DNA of 64,000 nucleotides from an uncultured Bacilli bacterium (GTDB lineage Bacteria; Bacillota_I; Bacilli_A; RF39; UBA660): NCBI GenBank assembly GCA_934120635.1, contig CAKOUR010000002.1, positions 22,006 to 86,005 of the forward strand, read 5' to 3'. Shown piece by piece: positions 19,401 to 26,204 of this stretch (position 1 is its first letter; each line of letters starts with the position of its first letter). The notes under the pieces were generated by a model. It saw only the letters and a program-made list of their open reading frames with translations, ran no database searches and was not told where the DNA came from. The position numbers and the translations under genes were made by a program.

Positions 19401-20968
19401 AAGGCTTTAATTTTATATTTTTCTTCCATTTTTGATATAATATTATATCGATAGTAAGAATTTTTAATGTTCATTAAATGTTTGATTTTTTCATCGGGAG
19501 AAGTTAGATTTTCTATTACAAGAGCTCTGGACTGTTCATCACTTAATAACGATAAATTTTCAAGTTTTAAACTATCAGTTGATAAATTACTTATAACTTC
19601 TGCTTTTGATCGATTACTACTTAATAATGATAAATTTTCAAGTTTTAAACTATCAGTTGATAAATTACTTATGACTTCTGCTTTTGATTTCTCATTACTC
19701 AATAAGGACAAGCTTTCTAATTTTAAATCATCAGTTGATAAATCAATTATGATTTGAGTTTTTAAAAATTCATCTTTTAAAAATTTTAATCCTTGTAATT
19801 TTTGATCATCTGTAGAAAATGATTTTATTATTGCACATCTTCCCCATTCATCCTGTAATATATCCAAATTTTTTACCTGGTTTTCTGTAGATAGTTGATG
19901 ATATATTAATCTTATTGTTTTCTCATCAGATAATTTTTTCATTAATTTTATTTTGGCATTATCATTTAAATCCCATGAATAAATAGCGATGTTTTCTTTT
20001 TTTCTAAGACTAGCTATAACTTGAACTTTTGCTTTATCATCTTTTAGTAAAGATAATCCTTTTTCTTTGTACTTATCATTACCTAGTTGGCTTATTACGT
20101 TAGCCTTCACCATTTCATCTGTTAATAAATGCAAGTTCTCTAATTTCTGGTTATCATTTGACAAACTACTTATCACTTTAGCTTTTGCCATTTCATCTGT
20201 TAATAAATGCAAGTTCTCTAATTTCTGGTTATCGTTTGATAAACTATTTATCACTTCAGTTTTTGACAAATCATCTAATAAATTTAACCCCTTAATTTTC
20301 AAAGCATCAGTTGATAAATTTTGAAGGATTGTAATAGTGAGTTGATTAGAAAAAGTATCATTATTATAGAAGAGTAAATCTTCTTGAAATAGATTATTTG
20401 TTAATTCACTCATTTTTTTATCAAATTTAAATGGAAAATTTATGGATTGTAAAACTGATTCATCTATTTCACTTATAAGAGGATAATTTGAACATTCGAT
20501 TACGGCTAAAAGTGCTATTTTAGATTCATCATTTGATAATCTTTCAATAATTATGTCCCAATCTTCCTGTTTTATTTCTTTTAGATGATTTAATTTTTCT
20601 CTATCATCGGATAGTGAACTTAATATAACTGCCTTTGCTTCAGAATCATAAATTTTTGAATAAAAAGCCAATTTCATTTCATCACTTGGTAAACAAGAAA
20701 TTATTGCAGTTTGTTGTTCTAGAGATAGTTTATCTATATTTTTTCTTTTTTTCAAAGCCTGATCAGAAGTATATATTTTAAAAAATATATCATAAAATAA
20801 GTATTTGAAATAATCATTCTCCTCATCCGGAAAAAGATTATCGAAATCTGAATTTTCCATATCATTAAAAAGGTAGTCTTTTTCTTCCTCTGTTAAATTA
20901 TTTCTAGCATAAGAAGGATCTTTTCTATTTACAGATTCTCTTAATACTTCTTTTATATGTTCTACCAT
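16430..20968 (-). CDS. giant repeat protein with C-terminal Pol-beta-type nucleotidyltransferase motifs and a tail anchor (1512 aa)
   Basis: Uninterrupted ORF. The real start is probably ATG 20968 (SD AAGTAGGTG); the track start is a GTG inside the SD. It contains 26-aa repeats, the motif run GSSVRGTNVPYDFDFDYIF...KLDITF...KLLLKQAGCYK...GGLGGVGIENW, and a terminal hydrophobic helix LVSFFILISLSLFVSIITIIYILLRK. Confidence 0.9.
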   Translation of the reverse strand: MVEHIKEVLRESVNRKDPSYARNNLTEEEKDYLFNDMENSDFDNLFPDEENDYFKYLFYDIFFKIYTSDQALKKRKNIDKLSLEQQTAIISCLPSDEMKLAFYSKIYDSEAKAVILSSLSDDREKLNHLKEIKQEDWDIIIERLSNDESKIALLAVIECSNYPLISEIDESVLQSINFPFKFDKKMSELTNNLFQEDLLFYNNDTFSNQLTITILQNLSTDALKIKGLNLLDDLSKTEVINSLSNDNQKLENLHLLTDEMAKAKVISSLSNDNQKLENLHLLTDEMVKANVISQLGNDKYKEKGLSLLKDDKAKVQVIASLRKKENIAIYSWDLNDNAKIKLMKKLSDEKTIRLIYHQLSTENQVKNLDILQDEWGRCAIIKSFSTDDQKLQGLKFLKDEFLKTQIIIDLSTDDLKLESLSLLSNEKSKAEVISNLSTDSLKLENLSLLSSNRSKAEVISNLSTDSLKLENLSLLSDEQSRALVIENLTSPDEKIKHLMNIKNSYYRYNIISKMEEKYKIKALNNEVAIINSRNNNLETSFKDIQQMGEQNLKDIIITLKNVDEKIKLLRFLSKDVYLLEVANSLETEEQKLEAIKVINSNAVRLELLFKFSEENLKLGLDYLPWFSNEENKGYNKKLKIIEEYQKMLEEKNDYSKNAFVNYIENHHENLDESTISHIVNILNRFSKSNSLELSNLKEQLTPLVLSTQNPIESFNKIEKIFLKNNIPMFGKEFLCFQSLYPEFQKREGNKETFDFTEGSRISPELLYPTQTRKMKVVSKNATDKDIRFQIVFNDLLRIASHSNNRSLIEYLNNIEYGNTLFLGISKGIIKFNDLDDKSKQILDVFSNHLAALYENTEKGSEEIFENLSTVEKIAYFSRKFSPTSRYDLPDRIVRSFAYQAGIENFEQLKNIVINSVREKEEVSKKRSEELKNGKKLVLEPGDFVRGIGNIDCVESSLNNGNVCKEFLGTFLGESDSDTTPLDVDLTLITEENTDIYHNIKGTPTGFGFGNVYVILKKGNPNLNITRDKEGNLTGNEYDPSKVEVFGTSTQKGGYETHWGARTGIASSDIDYILFKEDLTIDSSDPYSEDGKVNYILPESEFEKKEYYGKHQNDLAILKNEVVKNGFYIPIVDFSGKIIFTDEEYQELKQKMEGLSHYGSKEYHLEQHQYSDYTERIKGLLASNKQETKIQSQKVYQALSDIIQSIPMNENSTKTLQTKNKIGIDLTPGSVEVLETGSSVRGTNVPYDFDFDYIFRLDSNIINDDKKMHQFRTKICEALNIASVPSGDFRDVEATIPGLGTIKLDITFIQKNDKVEYSTEMALQDRMDTIYKSNPAVGEEVTANIILAKLLLKQAGCYKPKRKDPNQGGLGGVGIENWITQNGGTLETAANSFLKASEGKTYEEFKLIYHIHDYGKNHLYKEKKTYPYDDFIFNNMNSIGYQKMQEVLRKYIRYLSGEKDLFPELEEVLNALEQQQEKEVTTTHSRGLVSFFILISLSLFVSIITIIYILLRK
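19480..20335 (-). repeat. in-frame 78-bp (26-codon) tandem repeat array inside the giant gene
   Basis: Positions 20110-20155 are identical to 20188-20233. Positions 19541-19618 and 19619-19696 differ at about 7 of 78 positions. Protein unit approx LS.D..KLE.L.LL.D...KA.VI. More diverged copies extend on both sides. Confidence 0.9.
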
Positions 20969-21203
20969 ATATAACACCTACTTTTATTATTTAATTAAAT
21001 TATAGCAAATAATGTTAAAATTTTAAACTACTAACTTAATTTTTTCAATAGGAAATCATCTTTATCAGTATTATTAAGAACAAAGAAAATAAGAAAAATT
21101 ATCAATTTAATGTAAAATTTCTGTCTAATCTACTTTCTTCTTTTCTAGTTATTTTATATAATATAATTAAGATTAACCTAGAAGGAAGGAAAAGTGGTAA
21201 TCT

Positions 21204-21330
21204 AGCGCCAGACCTATATTAGGTGACGAGGATTGTAGTTTATCGAAATTTCGGCGGATGCTACAAGAGGAAGATATATACAAAAAGCAAAATCAAAATT
21301 GTAACAAAAGTATATCTTTAAGAAAGGAAT
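21204..21330 (+). ncRNA. glmS-ribozyme: glmS ribozyme (GlcN6P-dependent self-cleaving riboswitch)
   Basis: AGCGCCAGACCTATATTAGGTGACGAGGATTGTAGTTTATCGAAATTTCGGCGGATGCTACAAG matches the conserved core (A|GCGCC cleavage site, GACGAGG, UUAUCGA-AUUUCGGCGGAUG). It is followed by a P4-like hairpin (AAGATATA...TATATCTT) and lies directly upstream of glmS. Confidence 0.9.
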
Positions 21331-21340
21331 TAAAATTTTT

Positions 21341-23113
21341 ATGTGTGGTATTGTTGGATATATTGGTAAAAGACAAGTGTTACCAATTCTTATTAAGGGG
21401 CTTAAAAGGTTGGAATACCGTGGCTATGATTCTGCTGGTGTAGCTTTTTTTCATCAGGAAGAAATTAAACTTCAAAAAAGTGTAGGAAGAATTCAGGAAT
21501 TAGAAAAAAAGTTAGATTATTCTCTTTCTAGTCATATTGGTATTGGGCATACGAGATGGGCAACGCATGGGAAAGTTACGATAATGAATTCGCATCCTCA
21601 TCAAGTTGGCAAAATTACTATTGTTCATAATGGAATTATTGAAAATTATTTAACATTAAAAAAAGAATTAGAAAGTAATGGCTACTTATTTCAAACAGAA
21701 ACAGATACAGAGGTCGCTTGTACTTTAATTGATTGGATAAAGGAAACTCATTCTTCTTTAAAAATGGTTGATGTGTTAAATGAAGCGATGAAGAAGTTGA
21801 AAGGTAGTTATGCAATTGTGGTGATGGTTCAAGATGAACAAGACAAATTATATGTTATGAAGAAGGAAAGTCCTTTAGTTATTGGAATAGGAAAAGAGGA
21901 ATATTTTGTTGCTTCTGATTTTTCTGCTTATTTAGATGATACAAAGGATTATATTATTTTAGAGGATAATGAAATTGGTGTTATTTCTATGGATAATGTT
22001 TCTATTTATCAAAATGGCATTTTAAAAGATTATGTCGTTAAAACATTAAATGAAGAAGTTGAAATTGCAACTAAGGGCGAACAAGAGCATTATATGATGA
22101 AAGAAATTAAAGAGCAAAGTCAACTGATTCAAAAATGGAATACCCTTTATTTTGATCAAAAAGAAAAATTACCTGATATTACTTCTTATCAGCGTATTCA
22201 TATTGTTGCTTGTGGAACAGCTTATCATGCTGGGCTTATTGGAAAGTATTTGTTAGAAAAAAATACTGATTTTGAAGTGAATGTTTATGTTGCTTCGGAG
22301 TATCGCTACCAAAAGAACTTTTTGGATAAAAACACATTAGTTATTGCCATTTCTCAATCTGGGGAAACGGCTGATACATTAGCTTGTGTAAAAATGGCAA
22401 AAGAAAAAGGAGCAACTACTTTAGGGATTATTAATGTTTATAATAGTTCTATTGCTAGAACTGTTGACTTTGTTATCTATACTCATGCTGGTTGTGAAGT
22501 TGCTGTTGCTTCTACTAAGGCTTATACTTCTCAGGTATATGTTTTAGGATTACTTGCTTTGGAATATCAGAAAAAAATGGAAGAGAAAAATACTTATCAA
22601 GAATTGCCACAAAAGATTGAAGAATTAATTAAATTTGATTACTCTTCTATTATTAATCATCTTTACCAAAAGAAAGATATTTTCTATTTAGGAAGAAATA
22701 TTGACTACGTGAGTATGTTAGAAGGTTCTTTAAAATTAAAAGAAATTACTTATATTCACAGTGAAGCTTTCCCAGCTGGTGAACTTAAACATGGGCCCAT
22801 TTCTTTAATTGAAGAAGATACTCCTGTTATTGCTTTAATTACCCACGAGGAAACTGCTGCTAAAACAATTAGTAATATTAAAGAAGTGAAAGCAAGAGGT
22901 GCTTATGTTGTTTTAATTATAGAAGATGGAATCGTAGATTCTATTGATAAAAATTGTTATGATGAGGTTATTTATTTACCTAAAACAGATGAATATACTT
23001 GCCCTATTTTAAGTATTATTCCTCTCCAATTAATTGCTTATTATACAGCAAAAAAGAAGAATCTAGATATTGATAAACCTAGAAATCTTGCTAAATCTGT
23101 TACTGTTGAATAG
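21341..23113 (+). CDS. glmS: glutamine--fructose-6-phosphate aminotransferase
   Basis: MCGIVGYIG N-terminal nucleophile, two SIS domains, and C-terminal ...PRNLAKSVTVE. Confidence 0.97.
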   Translation: MCGIVGYIGKRQVLPILIKGLKRLEYRGYDSAGVAFFHQEEIKLQKSVGRIQELEKKLDYSLSSHIGIGHTRWATHGKVTIMNSHPHQVGKITIVHNGIIENYLTLKKELESNGYLFQTETDTEVACTLIDWIKETHSSLKMVDVLNEAMKKLKGSYAIVVMVQDEQDKLYVMKKESPLVIGIGKEEYFVASDFSAYLDDTKDYIILEDNEIGVISMDNVSIYQNGILKDYVVKTLNEEVEIATKGEQEHYMMKEIKEQSQLIQKWNTLYFDQKEKLPDITSYQRIHIVACGTAYHAGLIGKYLLEKNTDFEVNVYVASEYRYQKNFLDKNTLVIAISQSGETADTLACVKMAKEKGATTLGIINVYNSSIARTVDFVIYTHAGCEVAVASTKAYTSQVYVLGLLALEYQKKMEEKNTYQELPQKIEELIKFDYSSIINHLYQKKDIFYLGRNIDYVSMLEGSLKLKEITYIHSEAFPAGELKHGPISLIEEDTPVIALITHEETAAKTISNIKEVKARGAYVVLIIEDGIVDSIDKNCYDEVIYLPKTDEYTCPILSIIPLQLIAYYTAKKKNLDIDKPRNLAKSVTVE

Positions 23114-23116
23114 AGA

Positions 23117-23148
23117 AAAGACAGAGCCAAAAATCGGTTCCGTCTTTT
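23117..23148. terminator. probable bidirectional terminator between glmS and the convergent membrane-protein gene
   Basis: AAAGACAGAGCC-AAAAATC-GGTTCCGTCTTTT. The stem has one mismatch and one wobble, with T-runs on both strands. Confidence 0.45.
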
Positions 23149-24073
23149 AATTTAAATTAAAAATATTTCTTAATAATTTATATTCCTCAATACTAATTTT
23201 ATTTAAAATACTAACATTACTCATATCTATATTGGCTAATCTAGTTACTTGTAATTTTAGACAAATATTTTTTAACATTTTATTTTCCTCTAATGTATAG
23301 CCATTTACCATTTTTGCATGAATATCATGTTCTAATATTTGATAATTTTGATAAATATTTTCTTGATTGCTATCATCAAAAATAATACTGCAATCTTCAT
23401 CATGAATATAAAGTGGTATACTTCTATCATGCATTAATAGTTCTTCTTTTGTTATTGAAGGAATAATTTCTTTCTTTTTCTTTGAAAAAGATAAATGAAC
23501 TTTTTTCTTTGTTTTTTCTTTTTTTAATCTTTGTTTGAATAAATTAATTTTATCTTTACTTTTTTCCTCCACTTCTTCTTTATTCTCAAAAAAAGCATAT
23601 CCAATATAAGTAAGGCAAAGGCAAATTAAATATAATAGAAATATGATCATGCTTAAATCGATGAAATTTACTGCATTATCGACATCCATTACATAAAGGG
23701 CAGGGATTTTATTTCCTAATACGATAGCAATAGTTGAACCTAAGATAATTATCATTGTGATAAATAAAACGTAATTTAGAGCAGAATATACTGGTTTTAT
23801 TTTTTTATTGATTGTAAATAAACTGATAGCATTTACAATAACAATAACAATTAAATAAGTTTTTACTGATAAGTATTTTAATTTAAAAATATTTATTATT
23901 AGTCCATTAATATAAGAGAATGTTAAAATACTGATAAGGAAATATACTATTGTAAAAATTGCCTTGTATTTTTTTTCTAAATTCTTTTTATCCATAAATA
24001 ACATTACTACAATCCAAAATAAGATTTCTAAAATTAAATAACATGGATTTATCTTGAATAATTCTTTTAGCAT
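23147..24073 (-). CDS. polytopic membrane protein with C-terminal soluble domain (308 aa)
   Basis: About 6 TM helices, a Lys-rich linker, and a C-terminal ~100 aa. Last gene of the sortase operon. Confidence 0.7.
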   Translation of the reverse strand: MLKELFKINPCYLILEILFWIVVMLFMDKKNLEKKYKAIFTIVYFLISILTFSYINGLIINIFKLKYLSVKTYLIVIVIVNAISLFTINKKIKPVYSALNYVLFITMIIILGSTIAIVLGNKIPALYVMDVDNAVNFIDLSMIIFLLYLICLCLTYIGYAFFENKEEVEEKSKDKINLFKQRLKKEKTKKKVHLSFSKKKKEIIPSITKEELLMHDRSIPLYIHDEDCSIIFDDSNQENIYQNYQILEHDIHAKMVNGYTLEENKMLKNICLKLQVTRLANIDMSNVSILNKISIEEYKLLRNIFNLN

Positions 24074-24085
24074 TTTTATTACCTC

Positions 24086-25309
24086 CTAATTAGAATAGTT
24101 TTTTAACATTCTTTTAAATAAATCATATGTTTCTGTTGAATATTTAGTAATTAAACGATATTCTAAGTTTTTATCAATTGTAATAGAATTGTTTTGATTA
24201 TGTTCTTTAATATCTTTTAACATTTTATTAAATATTCTATAATCATTTAATGTATAAGTATTTTTTTCATTTTCTAATTTCATTTGTTCTGGATCTTCTT
24301 GAATGTATGGTAAGTTATTATTTAAAATTTGATCTAGAACAGTATTTCTATTACTTACTGGTGTAACAATTTGTCTTTCTTGTTTTTTAGGAATAAATGA
24401 ACTTAAGTCAAAACTGTTTTCTTGTTCCTCATTTCTATTTTTTACTGGAGTTTCAAATTCATGCGTTTTATATGATGTCATAAATGGTGGAATTGTATCT
24501 TTAATAGATTCTGTTGTTTGTTGATTCATTGAATGATTTGGCATTGTAGGAATAAAGTGATAACTTGGTGTAGTATCTGTATTTAAATTCTCGTTATTTT
24601 CAATCAAACTAGTATTCATCGCAGGTACTGTTGAAGTATTTTTCTCCCCTACTTCTTCTGGAATAGAAATCGTTGCCTCTAATGTATTTTGGTTTTCTGT
24701 TTGGTCTTCTTTTTGTAATTTTTTCTTTTCTTGTTTTAATAAAATTCTATCTGAGATTACTGTACTTAAGTATACTAATCCTAAACTAAGTAACCAGAAG
24801 ACAAATACCATAATACTTAATTCTAATAAAATAATTAAATTTTTATTGGAAAATAATGAAGTTTTCTTAAAAATATCTATTTTATTATTCGCAATGAATT
24901 CTAAAACTAAGGCAAATAGAAAATTGATAATAATAAAGAATACCCCATGAATTGTTTTATAAGTACTTTTATGTTTAATATTAATTAAGCTTCCTAAAAT
25001 AGAAATATTCATAAAGAAATAAACAAATAAATAAGCATAAGTTGAAGGGAAATAGATATTGGTAAATAAATCATCCATAATGCTATCGAAAACATTTCCT
25101 AATACTGTTCCATTATTGAAAATAATGTAAGAAATAAGAAGAATTGTACTTATTGTTGATAAAATAAAGCAAGTTTTCTTGGAAATTTTTTTCCTTAAAA
25201 ATAAAAATGTAGCAAGAATAATGATTCCTAAGAATATTAAATTTATCCAAGAAGTATTTATTATAGAAATTAAACTAAATAATTTTTCAAAAATACTTGT
25301 GTACTTCAT
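24086..25309 (-). CDS. polytopic membrane protein with C-terminal soluble domain (407 aa), paralogue-like to 23147..24073
   Basis: About 6 TM helices, a long low-complexity linker, and a C-terminal segment resembling that of the downstream protein (YTLNDYRIFNKML...YSTETYDLFKRML versus YTLEENKMLKNI...ISIEEYKLLRNIF). Confidence 0.7.
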   Translation of the reverse strand: MKYTSIFEKLFSLISIINTSWINLIFLGIIILATFLFLRKKISKKTCFILSTISTILLISYIIFNNGTVLGNVFDSIMDDLFTNIYFPSTYAYLFVYFFMNISILGSLINIKHKSTYKTIHGVFFIIINFLFALVLEFIANNKIDIFKKTSLFSNKNLIILLELSIMVFVFWLLSLGLVYLSTVISDRILLKQEKKKLQKEDQTENQNTLEATISIPEEVGEKNTSTVPAMNTSLIENNENLNTDTTPSYHFIPTMPNHSMNQQTTESIKDTIPPFMTSYKTHEFETPVKNRNEEQENSFDLSSFIPKKQERQIVTPVSNRNTVLDQILNNNLPYIQEDPEQMKLENEKNTYTLNDYRIFNKMLKDIKEHNQNNSITIDKNLEYRLITKYSTETYDLFKRMLKNYSN

Positions 25310-25320
25310 TTTTATCCCCC

Positions 25321-25980
25321 CTACTGAACACTTTCTAATTCAAATATATAAATGGTTTGTTTTGTTTCATCATCCTTTGTACAAGTGATTAAAGTTAAAC
25401 AGGTTTTACTTTCATCACGATAAATTGTTACTGTTCCATCTTTGGTATCATTATATATATTAACAACTTTATAAGTATATTTTTTATTTTCATAAGTAAT
25501 TGTTGCCGTATCACCTACTACTAATTGATATAAATTTCCAAAGTAACTATTACTGTAATTTCCTGAATGTCCAATAATAATGGTATTTCCATTTTTTTCA
25601 TCTGGATAAGATGATGAATCTAATACTTTTAAGTTAAATTTTACATTGTTTAGTGATGATTCTTTTTTATAAAAACCTTTATTAAAACTAATTTTAGGAA
25701 TTTCTAAGATACCTGCATAAGTTTCATAATCATTATTTGTTGTTACTGGTTGCTGTGGTTGTGTTTGTTGCTCTTCTTTTTTCTCTTCTTTTTGTTGTTC
25801 TTCTTGTTTTTTTGCTTCTGCTTCTTTTTCTTCTTTTAAAAGTTCTGTTAATTCTAGATTTGTTGCACTAAATACTTTTTCTCTTTTTGCAACAACATAA
25901 TCGTTTAATAATAATGAAATTCCTACTATAATTAGAATAAGACATAAAAGTATTTTATTTTTTAACTTTTTTGTATTCAT
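25321..25980 (-). CDS. sortase-family transpeptidase (atypical: no Arg after the catalytic Cys)
   Basis: N-terminal TM anchor, Glu/Gln/Lys linker, GILEIPKI, catalytic-His context IIIGHSG, and catalytic-Cys motif LTLITC. Start probably ATG 25980 (SD AAGGTGA), not 25998. Confidence 0.85.
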   Translation of the reverse strand: MNTKKLKNKILLCLILIIVGISLLLNDYVVAKREKVFSATNLELTELLKEEKEAEAKKQEEQQKEEKKEEQQTQPQQPVTTNNDYETYAGILEIPKISFNKGFYKKESSLNNVKFNLKVLDSSSYPDEKNGNTIIIGHSGNYSNSYFGNLYQLVVGDTATITYENKKYTYKVVNIYNDTKDGTVTIYRDESKTCLTLITCTKDDETKQTIYIFELESVQ

Positions 25981-26130
25981 TACCATCACCTTCCCCATAA
26001 TATTTATTGGGAAACTACTTAAAATTCATTTAACCCTTTGTTCTCTTTTTGTATTTCCCTTGATTTGGTTAACTATTTTAACACTAAAAAAACTTGTTGT
26101 CAAGGCATTTTTTTAACTTTTAGGAAACTA

Positions 26131-26157
26131 TTAGCAATCTAACTTGACAATTGCTAA
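26131..26157. promoter_or_regulatory. CIRCE-like HrcA operator variant TTAGCAAT-N11-ATTGCTAA at the clpB promoter
   Basis: Perfect 8-bp inverted repeat. The same half-sites occur upstream of hrcA. It resembles canonical CIRCE, TTAGCACTC-N9-GAGTGCTAA. Confidence 0.7.
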
Positions 26158-26171
26158 AAAAGTGCTATAAT
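26144..26171 (+). promoter_or_regulatory. clpB SigA-type promoter (TTGACA-16 nt-TATAAT)
   Basis: Consensus hexamers at 26144-26149 and 26166-26171, about 35 nt upstream of the SD. Confidence 0.65.
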
Positions 26172-26204
26172 AGGGACATATAATGAAGAAAGGAAGTGTT
26201 ATAT

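Noticed and set aside
19467-20324. Regularly spaced repeats that could be mistaken for a CRISPR-like array, plus plus-strand ORFs 19467..19757 and 20067..20324
   Set aside because: The period is 78 nt with no unique spacers. The repeats are in frame within the long minus-strand ORF and encode a 26-aa protein repeat. The plus-strand ORFs are antisense shadows of that low-complexity coding sequence.
21258-21443. 61-aa ORF upstream of and overlapping glmS
   Set aside because: It is read across the glmS ribozyme core and the glmS start. The RNA element explains the sequence conservation.
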